From NCBI GenBank assembly GCA_964356325.1, contig CAYHHL010000006.1, positions 6,536 through 70,535 of the forward strand: a stretch of DNA of 64,000 nucleotides, given 5' to 3'. Below, one piece after another: positions 18,810-28,755 of this stretch. The DNA is from an uncultured Enterobacteriaceae bacterium. GTDB lineage: Bacteria; Myxococcota_A; UBA9042. Positions within the stretch are counted from its first letter, which is position 1; each line of letters opens with the position of its first letter. The notes beneath the pieces were generated by a model, which saw nothing but the letters and a program-made list of their open reading frames with translations, had not been told where the DNA came from and searched no databases. A program made the position numbers and the translations under genes.

Positions 18810-19030
18810 GCCGACTGGCGGCCCCGAAGGCAGCGGCGTCATCGACGGCGGCGGTCGTGTTTACGGCTACCAGGACCCGTACGTGTGCGACCGCCATGGT
18901 CTGAGATGTACTTCCGCGCTCAGGCCACATTCGCCTGGAAATGCAAGCGTATCACCCGGCTGACCAGACGCCGATTACCGTGCTGACCGAGCAGGCGATG
19001 GCTCAGGTTCCGGCCAAGGGTTGAGCCGGA
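18810..19030 (+). pseudogene. Degenerate duplicate of the 3' end of the GMC oxidoreductase gene (compare 17685-17855)
   Basis: The DNA reads ...GGCCCCGAAGGCAGCGGCGTCATCGACGGCGGCGGTCGTGTTTACGGCTACCAGG...GATTACCGTGCTGACCGAGCAGGCGATGGCTCAGGTTCCGGCCAAGGGTTGAG. This is ~75-80% identical to the end of the 16230-17852 gene, out of frame, and has no start. Confidence 0.6.
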
Positions 19031-19206
19031 AGCAGCCGCCTACGGATCGCCGGCGTCGTCCTGGCAGATGCGCGCGCGCTGTGACGGCTGGCGCGGAAGT
19101 GGGGCTCTTCTCAGCTCTTGCTGGACGCGCCGGACGCGGGGCTCGACCGTCTTGAGGTCGGGGCATTCTTTGCGAAATAATACGTAACCATCTGTATTCG
19201 CACCCG

Positions 19207-19238
19207 GGGTCACTGTATCCGCCGTGATACAGTGACCC
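19207..19238. promoter_or_regulatory. 13-bp perfect inverted repeat GGGTCACTGTATC-N6-GATACAGTGACCC in a relatively AT-rich intergenic patch
   Basis: Seen directly in the sequence. No T-tract follows, so it is not an obvious intrinsic terminator. It is a candidate operator. Confidence 0.3.
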
Positions 19239-19696
19239 GGCACGGCACCGGTTTGTGCGCCATGCAGAGCAGCCGCTTGCCGCGGCCCGGCAACAGCGCC
19301 AAGCTGCGGGGATGGAGGCTGAAGTGTCAGTTTCGCGGCGAGAAAGGCGGTCGGCTTCCGGGGAGACGGGCTTGCGCGGCCTGTGTACACCGAAGAGGAT
19401 CGCTCGATCCTGCAGTCACGGCTTGCACAGCGGTGCATAGCGGGCGACCCACGCCACGGACTCCGCCTGCCCCCGTCGGTCCGGCCGCCACCAGGGTGCC
19501 CTGTGGCTGCGCGGCGAGGTACTCGACCGGCTGGTCGGCGGACACGGAGTGCCACACGGCTTGCGGCTGTCCGGTGCAGGTCGGCTGGGTGCATGCCGTC
19601 CCGGCTAATAGTCTTGTCTTCCTTGGTAGGCGATTGGCCCGCTTGCTCGCCGGTCAATTGCTCGCCGTTTTCGTGCTGGCGGTTCAAGGCCTGCCA

Positions 19697-19965
19697 TCAC
19701 CACGGGGAACAACGCCCACCTACACAACTCAACCCGCCCCGGCATCGGTCGGCGTTGTTCACCTCCACGCAAGCCTCGCCCAGTTCCAAGCGCCTGCGAC
19801 AGAATCCCGCCACGCAACTCCGGTCGAAGTCAGCCATGCCGCAAACGCCCGCGAAGCAGGCTTCTCCCTCGGCCAGTTCGCGCAGGCACGGCGACGGTGA
19901 TCGCGCAGGCCAGCCTCCGTCGCGTCCGGTTCCGATCTCCACGCACGTTGGCGTCGCTCTCAGTG
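19697..19965 (-). pseudogene. Frameshifted partial tandem duplicate of the cysteine-rich repeat gene (N-terminal anchor segment fused to the last Cys-rich repeat)
   Basis: The DNA at 19899-19960 is homologous to the signal-anchor coding DNA at 21308-21365. The downstream sequence re-encodes LAEGEACxxxCGMxDFDRSCVxGFCRxRLELGxAC...CRxGLSCVGGxC in a different frame. Confidence 0.4.
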
Positions 19966-21357
19966 CGCACAGTGGCCGCCCACGCAACTCAGGCCCGAGC
20001 GGCAGCGCGCAACGCCTTCCCCATCCTCGCAAGCGGCACCGAGCTCCAAGCGGCTCCGACAGAATCCCTTCACGCAACTCCTGTCGAATTCCAACATTCC
20101 GCAAAGTCGTCTCGGGCAAGCATCGCCCTCGGCGAGTTCACGCACGCACAGTCGACGCTGTGGGTGGCACACGAACGGTGAGCGACAGCCCCAGTCTCCC
20201 GGCCTGAGTTCTGGGCTCGCCGAGCCGCACGGCTCTCCCTCGGTCGGCAACCCGACGCAGCGCCCGGCCCCGTCCTTCGTGGCACCCTGGCACTGCAACT
20301 CGTAACCGCACTCGTCATCGACGCGGCACGGCCCGCCAGCCTTTTGCATGCGCAGGCAGACCCGGCCCGTAGCCAGCGCGGTGCAGTACAGGCCCTCCTC
20401 GCACATCGTGGTGTCGGACCCTTCACAGGCCTGCCCTTCCCCTAGCCGCTTCGAACAGCGAGGCCCGGCGGCAGTGTCCAGGCAAAACAAGCCCTCGGCA
20501 CAGGAACCGGGCCTGCAAGCCTGGCCCTCGGCCAACCGTTCGCGACAGACGGCCGGCTTGCTTTCGACATCGCACCACAGGCCGGAAGCGGGCTCGCAGA
20601 TGTACTTGCAGCGTGCACCGGGAGTCGAGCCCCAGGGCAGGCAGCGTCCGTCGATGCAAAGCCTGGTGCCCGCATCGCAATCCGCGTCGCTCGAACAGCC
20701 CCCGTCCACCGAGGGCTTGCCCTGGACGGCGACAGCCCGGCACACGCCAGATTTGCTGTAGGGGCTCACAATGGTTGCGCTGCAGACCCGGCTCGCACAC
20801 TCCTCGCGCAACCGGCACAGTGCACCGACCACACCCTCGCCGTGGAAGACATGGGCGCAAACCGCCTCGCGAAGTTCCTCGGCGTCACAGAGACCGAACG
20901 CATGCACGCAGCGCGCGCCTGCACGGGCGTCATAGGTCAGCTTGCCGGCCCGAACGGCGTCCTCGTACTGCGAGCCGTGCATGCGGCGAAAAGCGGCAAA
21001 CATTGCCAGACAAGCTGGCAGGTCGGGACGTCGGCCGGGGCACCGGGCCAGGCTGCCGCACATGGCTTCGTCACGGGCCTCTTCGTACCGCTCGATCGGC
21101 AATGGCGCAGGCCCGTCCGTGCCAGTCGGAGCGTCGGCCAAGCGCGGCAGACCGGTGGGCACGGCGAGGCCCGCTTCGACCCCGCGTGCAGTGACGGCCG
21201 ACTGGGCCGGACCGGGCTCTCGGACGCGATGCTCGACCGTACCTGCGTTGGTTGCGACGTCCACGGGGCGGTAATCGCGAACGAAAAGCCAAGCGAGCAC
21301 CCCGACGGCGATCGCGCAGGCCAGCCAACGTCGCGTTCGGTTCCAATCTCGACGCAC
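19960..21357 (-). CDS. Membrane-anchored cysteine-rich repeat protein (myxobacterial-type Cys-rich repeats)
   Basis: A GTG at 21355-21357 gives VRRDWNRTRRWLACAIAVGVLAWLF, a signal anchor. It is followed by multiple C-x-x-G-x-C... repeat units and ends GLSCVGGHCAH. The start is uncertain. Confidence 0.6.
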   Translation of the reverse strand: MRRDWNRTRRWLACAIAVGVLAWLFVRDYRPVDVATNAGTVEHRVREPGPAQSAVTARGVEAGLAVPTGLPRLADAPTGTDGPAPLPIERYEEARDEAMCGSLARCPGRRPDLPACLAMFAAFRRMHGSQYEDAVRAGKLTYDARAGARCVHAFGLCDAEELREAVCAHVFHGEGVVGALCRLREECASRVCSATIVSPYSKSGVCRAVAVQGKPSVDGGCSSDADCDAGTRLCIDGRCLPWGSTPGARCKYICEPASGLWCDVESKPAVCRERLAEGQACRPGSCAEGLFCLDTAAGPRCSKRLGEGQACEGSDTTMCEEGLYCTALATGRVCLRMQKAGGPCRVDDECGYELQCQGATKDGAGRCVGLPTEGEPCGSASPELRPGDWGCRSPFVCHPQRRLCVRELAEGDACPRRLCGMLEFDRSCVKGFCRSRLELGAACEDGEGVARCRSGLSCVGGHCAH

Positions 21358-21620
21358 GTTGGCCTCCCGCCAGCAGAACCGCAGTCTGCGCCGCCGCCAC
21401 GGAGTTGTCAGCCCGGCAGGAAGCCCTCGAGCGCACGCTGCCAGGACAACTCGCCAGCCACCGTCTCGGCCACGGCGCGGGCAACGTCGAGAGCCTGCAC
21501 ATCGCCATTGCGGAGTCGCTTCTTCCGAAGACTGGCGTCTGAGCCGAGAGCGGACGGGCCTTGCGCCACCACCCCACCGCGCTACCCTGGCAGCCGCGCC
21601 GCACACCACCGGAGAACAGC

Positions 21621-22214
21621 ATGGGCCTGCCGCAACGTGAGACGAAACGCTTCACCTACGCCGACTACCTGCGCTGGCCGGACCCGCCGCGCCGCGAGTT
21701 GATCGACGGCTCGCCCTATGCCATGGCGCCCGCCCGCGACCTCGCGCACCAGGATGTCGTCGGCGAACTCATCCTGCAGCTCAAGCTGGCCCTCGAAGGC
21801 AAGCCCTGCCGGGCGTTCGTCGCCCCGGTCGCCGTCCGCCTGCCCAAGCACGACGAGGCCGACGAGAGCATCGACACCGTGGTCCAGCCCGACGTGTTCG
21901 TGGTGTGCGATCCCGGCAAGCTCGATCGCCGCGGCGTGCGCGGGGCACCGGACTGGGTGATCGAGGTCCTCTCGCCCGGCACCGCTGCCCACGACATGAT
22001 CCGCAAGCGGCGCGCCTACGAACAGGCCGGCGTGCGCGAGTACTGGCTGGTGCACTTGTTCGACCGCGTGGTCACCGTCTACCACCTGCAGGACGGCGCG
22101 TACGGTCGCCCGGATACCCAGGAACTCGAAGGCGAAACCGCGGTGGCGGCGCTGCCCGGCGTGGTCGTGCAATGGGCGCCGGTCGCGCGCTGGCTGCCGC
22201 CCCAAGAAGCTTGA
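21621..22214 (+). CDS. Uma2-family (DUF820) restriction-endonuclease-like protein
   Basis: YADYLRWPDPPRRELIDGSPYAMAPA ... PDVFVVCD ... PDWVIEVLSPGTAAHDMIRKRRAYEQAGVREYWLV is a PD-(D/E)xK-like Uma2 signature. Confidence 0.7.
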   Translation: MGLPQRETKRFTYADYLRWPDPPRRELIDGSPYAMAPARDLAHQDVVGELILQLKLALEGKPCRAFVAPVAVRLPKHDEADESIDTVVQPDVFVVCDPGKLDRRGVRGAPDWVIEVLSPGTAAHDMIRKRRAYEQAGVREYWLVHLFDRVVTVYHLQDGAYGRPDTQELEGETAVAALPGVVVQWAPVARWLPPQEA

Positions 22215-22236
22215 ACCTGTCACCTGGAGTCCCGCC

Positions 22237-22830
22237 ATGCTGCCCCTCGTCCTCGGTCTGCTGCTGTTCCTCGGCATCCACTCGACCTCGATCGTCGCCC
22301 CCGCCTGGCGTGACCGCACCGCCGCCCGCCTCGGCACGGGGCCGTGGAAGCTGCTCTACACCGTGGTCGGAGTCATAGGTTTCGCACTCATCGTCTGGGG
22401 TTATGGCCAGGCCCGCCGCGATCCCACGTTCCTGTACTTCCCGCCGCGTGGCCTGGGCCACTTCGCCTTGCTGCTGCTGGTGCCGGTCTTCCCCCTGCTG
22501 CTCGCCGCCTACCTGCCGGGCAAGATCCGCAGCAAAACCAAGCACCCCATGCTCGTCGCGACCAAGCTCTGGGCGCTGGCGCACCTGATGGCCAATGGCG
22601 GCTTGCATGACGTGGTGCTGTTCGGCAGCTTCCTGGCCTGGGCGGTGGCGGATCGCATCTCGCTGAAACGACGCCCGTCTCAGCCGGTCCCTGGCGCGCC
22701 GACCCTGGCCGGAGCCGAACGACGTGGGCCGTACAATGACGCCATCGTGGTGGTGGCCGGTCTGGCGCTGTACGTCGTGTTCCTGCTGTGGGGGCACCGC
22801 GCGCTCATCGGGGTGTCGCCGATGCCGTGA
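22237..22830 (+). CDS. NnrU-family membrane protein
   Basis: MLPLVLGLLLFLGIHSTSIVAPAWRDR... It has five predicted TM segments and the NnrU-like N-terminal motif. Confidence 0.65.
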   Translation: MLPLVLGLLLFLGIHSTSIVAPAWRDRTAARLGTGPWKLLYTVVGVIGFALIVWGYGQARRDPTFLYFPPRGLGHFALLLLVPVFPLLLAAYLPGKIRSKTKHPMLVATKLWALAHLMANGGLHDVVLFGSFLAWAVADRISLKRRPSQPVPGAPTLAGAERRGPYNDAIVVVAGLALYVVFLLWGHRALIGVSPMP

Positions 22831-22861
22831 CGTTGCCTGCTGCACTGGCAGCCCGCGCCGT

Positions 22862-23611
22862 TTAGACGTTGAACCAAGGCGTCACCCAAACGTACTTCAC
22901 GTTGAGCAGCAACCGCAGCGCCATCTTCAGCGGAATCGCCAACATCGTCAGCAGCAGGAACGCCGTCAACGCGTAGCGAGCCCCGCCCAGGGTCACCAGC
23001 GCGGGCGATCGGCGCCGCCACAGCCAGTACACCGGGGCCAGCGCGTACCAGCCCAGGACCAGCGCCATGCCCGCGAGGAACGCCGGCGTGCCCGTGTGGA
23101 TACCCAGCAGATCCGTCAGGTTGACGTTGGTCAGGTGCGGCGTCTTGGCGATGTCCCAGGACTGCCACGGCCAGTACCAATTCCAGCCGGGACCGCGGCA
23201 GAACACGCCGATGAGGATGGGCGCGATCCACAACCCCAAGAAACCGAACAGGAACGTGGCGATGGCGAACGGTCGCTCGCGTATCGTGTAGTAACCGCTG
23301 CCGTGCGGGTTGCGGTCCAGGTAGGGAATCGCCATGAGTCCCACGACGATGAGCAGCGGCAGGATGACGCCAGCGATCCACGGGTCGAAGTAGACCAGCA
23401 GTTCCTGCAAGCCGAGGAAATACCACGGCGCTTTGGACGGATCCGGCGTGCGGTTGGGATCGGCGGCTTCCTCCAACGGCGCGTCAATCGCGATCGACCA
23501 CACGGTCAGCACCACCATCGCCACCAACGTCGTCAGCAACTCGATGCGCACCAGATGCGGCCACGTGGTCACGGCGTCGGGCAGCGTTTCGTCGGCTGGG
23601 CGCTCGGTCAT
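22862..23611 (-). CDS. Cytochrome b C-terminal module (b6f subunit IV-like) of a split Rieske/cytb complex
   Basis: It contains a PEWYFL-type motif (SKAPWYFLGLQELLVYF). It is multi-TM and lies directly downstream of the cytochrome b6-like gene. Confidence 0.75.
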   Translation of the reverse strand: MTERPADETLPDAVTTWPHLVRIELLTTLVAMVVLTVWSIAIDAPLEEAADPNRTPDPSKAPWYFLGLQELLVYFDPWIAGVILPLLIVVGLMAIPYLDRNPHGSGYYTIRERPFAIATFLFGFLGLWIAPILIGVFCRGPGWNWYWPWQSWDIAKTPHLTNVNLTDLLGIHTGTPAFLAGMALVLGWYALAPVYWLWRRRSPALVTLGGARYALTAFLLLTMLAIPLKMALRLLLNVKYVWVTPWFNV

Positions 23612-23774
23612 CGCCGCATCTCCCGCTCGATTTCGTCCTTGCGACCCGCGCGGATCAGGCGGTCATGGCGCAAGGCCTGGCGCAACCAGACGCCGAGCAG
23701 GAAGCCCAGCGCCAGGACCATGCCGGCGATCGGCAGGTTGTCGGGTTGCTTCAGGATGGTCAGGAAGTTGTCCA

Positions 23775-24641
23775 TCAGCTGCCACTCTTGGGCCGAAAGC
23801 CGTGTGCGCGCGTGGGGGCGATTCCAGGCGATGGCTCTTCGGCGTGGGGCGGTCCCGAAATGCCGCCGTCTTTTCGCACCCGCCAGAAGTGCACGATCAT
23901 GAACACGCAGGCGACCAGGGGCAAGAACACGCAATGCAGCACGTAGAAACGCAGGATCGCCGGATCGCCCACCTGGGGTCCGCCGAGCAGAAGCGCTCGC
24001 AGATCAGTGCGTTCCGTGACGCCCGTCAGCCCGGCGCCCGGCCCCTCGTGACCGATGAACGGCGTCGCCGCGGCCATGTTGGTGCCGACCGTGATCGCCC
24101 AGCGCGCGAGTTGGTCCCACGGCAGCAGGTAGCCGGTGAACGACAGCAGCATGGTCAGCGTCAGCAGCAACACCCCGACCATCCAGTTGAATTCGCGCGG
24201 TGCCTTGTAGGAACCCGAGAGGAACACCCGCAGCATGTGCAGCCACACCAGGATGACCATCGCGTGCGCGGACCAGCGGTGCATGTTGCGCATCACCATG
24301 CCGAACGGGATCTCGTGCTGCAGGTTCTTCATGTCGACGTAGGCGTGCGCGGCGGTCGGGCGGTAGTAGAACATCAGCACGACGCCGGTGACGACGGTGA
24401 CCAGGAACATCAGGAACGACAGCCCGCCCATGCCCCACGTGTAACGCAAGCGCAGGCCGTGACGGCGGATCGTCGGCGGGTGCAGGTGCAGGAACACGTT
24501 GCCGGTGATCTGCAGCATCCGGTTGCGCGGCGTGTCGTCGAAGCGGTGACGGAACACGGAGTCGTAGAGTTGGCGCAGCAACCCCGGACGCTCCGGCTTG
24601 TTCTCGACCGGCGGCGGCTCGTGCTCGAAGGGCGCGGTCAT
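23775..24641 (-). CDS. Cytochrome b (b6-like N-terminal module; haem bL/bH His ligands)
   Basis: [11 protein letters not shown]... RHRFDDTP ... [39 protein letters not shown] shows conserved His pairs. The ATG at 24639-24641 has an AAGGAG Shine-Dalgarno and overlaps the Rieske stop (ATGA). The track ORF is over-extended by 185 aa. Confidence 0.85.
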   Translation of the reverse strand: MTAPFEHEPPPVENKPERPGLLRQLYDSVFRHRFDDTPRNRMLQITGNVFLHLHPPTIRRHGLRLRYTWGMGGLSFLMFLVTVVTGVVLMFYYRPTAAHAYVDMKNLQHEIPFGMVMRNMHRWSAHAMVILVWLHMLRVFLSGSYKAPREFNWMVGVLLLTLTMLLSFTGYLLPWDQLARWAITVGTNMAAATPFIGHEGPGAGLTGVTERTDLRALLLGGPQVGDPAILRFYVLHCVFLPLVACVFMIVHFWRVRKDGGISGPPHAEEPSPGIAPTRAHGFRPKSGS

Positions 24642-25174
24642 GCGCGCTCCTTGGTGGGAACCGCCAGAGTGGCACCGGGTTGGCCCCAGTCGGCGCGCTC
24701 GAAACGTCGGCCGACGTCGACCCAGAGATCGCCGGCGTCGTCCTGCCAGATGCGCGCGCGTTGCAAGGGCCGCGGTGCCGGTCCCTCGAAGTTGACGCCG
24801 GCGGTGTCGAACCCCGAGCCGTGGCAGGGACATTTGAACTTGGATTCGCGGCTGTACCAGCGCGGTGTGCAGCCCAGGTGGGTGCAACGGCCGAAGATGG
24901 CGTAGAGCCGGCCGCCTTCGTGGACGATGAACACGCGCCAGGTCTTGAGGAATCGGTCGCTGACGGTGCCGGGAGCATAGTCGGTGGGCCGGCCGGCGCG
25001 AAACAGGGTGGGAGCCTCGACCGGGGCGCGGCGAAACAACAGGCGACCGAAGGCGGCGCTGGCGGCGAGCAGCGACGTGCCGACCGCGGACCAGCCCAGG
25101 GCGGTCAGGACGTCGCGGCGTCCCCACAAGTGCGCGCGGCCCGCCTTGTCGGCATCTCGTGGGCTGTCGCTCAT
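24638..25174 (-). CDS. Rieske [2Fe-2S] iron-sulfur protein with a Tat signal
   Basis: [10 protein letters not shown] is a twin-arginine signal. CTHLGC ... CPCHGS are the Rieske boxes. Its ATG overlaps the stop of the octaheme cytochrome gene. Confidence 0.85.
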   Translation of the reverse strand: MSDSPRDADKAGRAHLWGRRDVLTALGWSAVGTSLLAASAAFGRLLFRRAPVEAPTLFRAGRPTDYAPGTVSDRFLKTWRVFIVHEGGRLYAIFGRCTHLGCTPRWYSRESKFKCPCHGSGFDTAGVNFEGPAPRPLQRARIWQDDAGDLWVDVGRRFERADWGQPGATLAVPTKERA

Positions 25175-27495
25175 GGCGCATCTCCCTTGCGGTCACTCTC
25201 TGGGCGTGCGTCGGCGTCGGTAGCCACGGGCAACAGCCCGAGGTGCATCAAGTAGTCTACCAGCAAGTCGATCTGCGCGCCCGCGTCGCCGCCCAGGATG
25301 TCGTGGACCGGCGTTTGGCCATCGGGGAAGAACTGCGGCATGCGCGTGCCCGGCAGCAGCTTGTCGGGATCTTGCAGGAACTTGCGAATCCACGCCGGAT
25401 CCAGGCGCTGGCGGGCCAGGCCGAGGTCGGGCGCCAGTTGCGCGGTTTCGACACCCTCGCCGCGCTGCATCCGGTGGCAGGTCACGCACTTGAGCCGGTC
25501 GAGCAACTGCGCGCCCAGCCGAGCGCGTTCAGGCGTCAGCGGCCGCGTCGCCAGGGGGCGCAGCGAGGGCGGTTGCGCGGCATGCTCGGCGAACCAGGCG
25601 GTCACGGCCTCGGCCTCTGCCGCGGTCAGGCGAAAGCGCGGCATGCGTACTTCCAGCCACGGCCGCAATGGCCCGGGATCCAACAGGTAACCGTACAGCC
25701 ATTGCGGTTGCAGGCGGGCGCCCGCGCCGTCGAGTTGCGGCGGAGCGAGGTGGGCGTCGCCATAATAGCGCGCAATCGCTCCGGCCTGACCGTCGAGCTT
25801 GTGGCACTGGCGGCAACCGCGCTCCTCGATGACGCGCTCGGCGAGGCGGTGCTGCGCGGCACGGGGCGGTTGCACGCGGTAGGCGGCGGGCGGGGAATTG
25901 GCCCTGAGTCCGCGCAGGTACACCGCCAGGCCGAGCACCTCCGGCTCGGACAGGGCCCACTGCGGCATCACCGGGTGGATATCGGCCGTCGCCAGCGCCC
26001 GCGGTGTGCGCAGCTTGGTCTCGGTGAAGCGGGCCCAGGTGCGTTGCGGGCGCGGAGGCGGCGCCGCTCCGAAGTGCATGTCGCGGGGATCCTTGGTGCC
26101 GTAGTCGCTGAGGTCTGGCCCCGGCCGGCCGTCCTGCTCGAAGCCGGCGATGTCGTGGCAGCCGAAGCAACCATAGGTACCGATGAGCTTCTTGCCCGCC
26201 TGGGCCAGCGCCGGATCGATGGGCGCCAGCAGCGCGGGTGGCGCGGGCAGCTTCGGTGTCGTCGCCGCGGTGGTCAGCCAGGATGCGAGCGCGTGCGCCT
26301 CGGAACGGGTCAGGCGCGGCGTCGGCATCGTCGCCTCGGGCCAGTACTGCGTCGGATCTTGCAACCACGCGAAAACGAAGCCGGGACGCACGCGCGCAGC
26401 CAACTCGCCCAGCGGAGGCGCGAAATCGCCGGTCTGTGCAGCATGGGCCGCCAGCGCCGCGGTCGCCGTCGCAGCTGCGGGCTCGGGCGCTTCTCCAAAC
26501 GAATCCCAAGCATCGTTGCCAGCTTGCGCGTCCGGTTTGGCCTCGCGGATCACGACGTCGTCGCGGCCCTGGCCACCGAGTGCATGGCAGCCACGGCAAC
26601 CGACGCGATCGAACAACTGCTGGCCCGCGGCGGCGAGCGCCGGATCCGCGGGCGGTGCCGTGGCAGCCGCTGGCCACGGCTCGGCAGTCTGCACCAGGTA
26701 GGCGGCGATGGCCACAGACTCGCGGTCGCGCAACTCTGCCTGTGCTGGAGACTTGTGCGCATCGGGCCAGAACTGCGGCATGCGGTGATGGGCGCGCCGA
26801 GCCTGCGGGTCGCGGATCCACGCGAGCAGGTAGCCGGGTTCGAGCTTGGCCGAGACTTTGCGCAGCGACGGCCCGCGCTTCGGCTCGGCAGGCGCGCCGT
26901 CGTGGGCATGGCAACCGCCGCAACCCAACTCGCGAAAGGCCCGGCGACCGCGGTTCAGGTCGGGCGCACCGGCAAGCGACTCCTGGTCGGCGTGGCAGCC
27001 CAGGCAACTCGCCTGCACGTAACGCCCGCGCAGCATGGGGTCCTGCCAATGCGGATCGGCCTCGCCATGCGCCGTTCCCGCTGTCAGCGCCAGGCCTTGG
27101 CCACGGTGGCAGGGCGTGCAGCCGAAGCGCGGCACCGGATGCTGACGCAAAAGCGTATCGCGCTGCGGATGGACACGCAGCACGCGCGGCACGCCAGGGC
27201 CGGTCATCGCCGGATCGTCGATGCCAGCGTGGCAGGTGATGCAACGGTCGACGACGCCGAGTTCAGGCACGACGACCTGGGCGACTGCCACTTCAGCCGC
27301 GCGGGCGGGCCGCAACTGGGCGTAGGTCTCCTGCCATTGCTTCCACGGCCGCCGCACCCAGGTCTCGTCGGCGATGGCCCACACGGTCACGGCGGCAAAC
27401 GCCAGGCTCAACACCACGAAGGCGGCGCGGAAGTGGCGGTTCTCGTCGCGCAGGTACGGAGACACGCGTGGCCTGGGATCGAACGGAGGGGCTAC
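25171..27495 (-). CDS. Membrane-anchored octaheme c-type cytochrome (8 CxxCH)
   Basis: The haem motifs are CITCH, CTPCH, CLGCH, CGGCH, CRGCH, CFGCH, CRQCH and CVTCH. An N-terminal TM helix is present ([21 protein letters not shown]). The GTG at 27493-27495 overlaps the upstream stop (GTGA). The track ORF is over-extended by 60 aa. Confidence 0.8.
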   Translation of the reverse strand, partial: VAPPFDPRPRVSPYLRDENRHFRAAFVVLSLAFAAVTVWAIADETWVRRPWKQWQETYAQLRPARAAEVAVAQVVVPELGVVDRCITCHAGIDDPAMTGPGVPRVLRVHPQRDTLLRQHPVPRFGCTPCHRGQGLALTAGTAHGEADPHWQDPMLRGRYVQASCLGCHADQESLAGAPDLNRGRRAFRELGCGGCHAHDGAPAEPKRGPSLRKVSAKLEPGYLLAWIRDPQARRAHHRMPQFWPDAHKSPAQAELRDRESVAIAAYLVQTAEPWPAAATAPPADPALAAAGQQLFDRVGCRGCHALGGQGRDDVVIREAKPDAQAGNDAWDSFGEAPEPAAATATAALAAHAAQTGDFAPPLGELAARVRPGFVFAWLQDPTQYWPEATMPTPRLTRSEAHALASWLTTAATTPKLPAPPALLAPIDPALAQAGKKLIGTYGCFGCHDIAGFEQDGRPGPDLSDYGTKDPRDMHFGAAPPPRPQRTWARFTETKLRTPRALATADIHPVMPQWALSEPEVLGLAVYLRGLRANSPPAAYRVQPPRAAQHRLAERVIEERGCRQCHKLDGQAGAIARYYGDAHLAPPQLDGAGARLQPQWLYGYLLDPGPLRPWLEVRMPRFRLTAAEAEAVTAWFAEHAAQPPSLRPLATRPLTPERARLGAQLLDRLKCVTCHRMQRGEGVETAQLAPDLGLARQRLDPAWIRKFLQDPDKLLPGTRMPQFFPDGQTPVHDILGGDAGAQIDLLVDYLMHLGLLPVATDADARPESDRKGDAP

Positions 27496-28196
27496 TTGTA
27501 CGCGTGCGAGGCGTCGACCGTGCCACCCGCCGTCACGGTGAACTTGTGCGACGCCTTGCCCAGCTTTTCCTGCCAGTACATCAGCGTATAGTCGCCCGGC
27601 GGGATGTCGGCGATGGCAAACCGCCCTTCCTTGTCGGTCACCGCGAAGTAGGGGTGGTCGAATACGGCGATCCACGCGTTCATCCAGGTGTGGCCGGCGT
27701 CGCAGCCGACCTTCATCAGGCCAGTGCGCGCGACTTTCTTCTTGATGACCTGGCCCTTCTCCGGAAGCGCGTAGTTGAACACGTCTGAAGTCGGCAAGCG
27801 GATGTGGGTGTTGTGTAATATCGCGTCTTCATTCTTGACGTGCAGTTCGGTGCCGACGGCGAAGGCCTGGACGTGCGGTTCGAAGCGACAACTCGCGTTG
27901 TCGAGCTCGGCCTTGCCGACGACGAGGGGCTTGCCGCGCTCGACGCGCTCGATGAACACCACGGCGTTGGCGACCCCTTTGCTGGCCGAGACGAGCAGGG
28001 CTTCGTCGGCCTTGTCGGCGCCACACACCTGCGTATCTTTGGTCACTGGCAGGCGAACCGGCTTGGGCACGGCGCCGAGAAAGCGCACCGACCCGCTCAA
28101 GGTGCCGCCGCCGGTCACCGGAGCGCCCGTGTAGGCGAGCGCCGTGCTGGCCATGCCGCTCAGGACAATCGCCGCTAGGAGATTCTGCCAACGCAT
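27492..28196 (-). CDS. Secreted cupredoxin-like protein (possible blue-copper electron carrier)
   Basis: A signal peptide (MRWQNLLAAIVLSGMASTALA) and a beta-rich body are present. The C-terminal GCDAGHTWM (C-x3-H-x2-M) plus upstream His resembles a type-1 copper site. The fold assignment is tentative. Confidence 0.45.
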   Translation of the reverse strand: MRWQNLLAAIVLSGMASTALAYTGAPVTGGGTLSGSVRFLGAVPKPVRLPVTKDTQVCGADKADEALLVSASKGVANAVVFIERVERGKPLVVGKAELDNASCRFEPHVQAFAVGTELHVKNEDAILHNTHIRLPTSDVFNYALPEKGQVIKKKVARTGLMKVGCDAGHTWMNAWIAVFDHPYFAVTDKEGRFAIADIPPGDYTLMYWQEKLGKASHKFTVTAGGTVDASHAYK

Positions 28197-28248
28197 CGAA
28201 GCTGCCCTCCTTTGCCCCGCCGAGCATAGGGTTGCGCCATTCGGGGTG

Positions 28249-28743
28249 TCAAGGCGGGGCCGCCGGGCCCGGCCGCTCCCGATCAGCGCAAGTCTGTATT
28301 ATCGCTCGATCGTTTCGTGGTGGCGCCAGGGTGATGGCGCCCTTGATGCACACGCGCGCGCAGTCGCCGCACGACACGCAGCGGTGCGGGATGGCCAGCG
28401 CGGCATGACCCTGATAGCGAGGTCCGAGCATACGCAGGCAGCCGAACGGGCAGAAGTCGGCGCACAAGTGGCAGCCGTTACACAAGTTTTCGTCGATGAC
28501 CGGTCGCAGCCGCTGGTCGCGCGGGATGCGCACGGCGAGCTGGCCGTTGCCGTCGAATACCGCCTGTTTGGGACAGACGAGCCCGCACACGCCGCAGTCG
28601 ATGCACAGGGCGGCGTCGATGGCGTAGCGCTCCTTGAAGTGGCCGGAGATCGCCGCCACAGGGCACTGCTGCGCGCATGCGCTGCAACCGTCGCAGGTCA
28701 GGCCGATGCCGAACGACACGCTGCCATCCTCGGGCCGGAGCAA
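28249..28743 (-). CDS. Polyferredoxin (4 x [4Fe-4S] CxxCxxCxxxCP motifs)
   Basis: The cluster motifs are CDGCSACAQQCP, CIDCGVCGLVCP, CNGCHLCADFCP and CVSCGDCARVC. Confidence 0.75.
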   Translation of the reverse strand: MLRPEDGSVSFGIGLTCDGCSACAQQCPVAAISGHFKERYAIDAALCIDCGVCGLVCPKQAVFDGNGQLAVRIPRDQRLRPVIDENLCNGCHLCADFCPFGCLRMLGPRYQGHAALAIPHRCVSCGDCARVCIKGAITLAPPRNDRAIIQTCADRERPGPAAPP

Positions 28744-28755
28744 CCGGCGCCGTCC

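Noticed and set aside
19040-19687. 215-aa minus-strand ORF and a 274-aa plus-strand ORF (19383-20207) in the gap after the insertion scar
   Set aside because: Both have Arg/Pro-rich low-complexity translation and no start context. The region is better explained as non-coding or decayed DNA containing the 13-bp palindrome.
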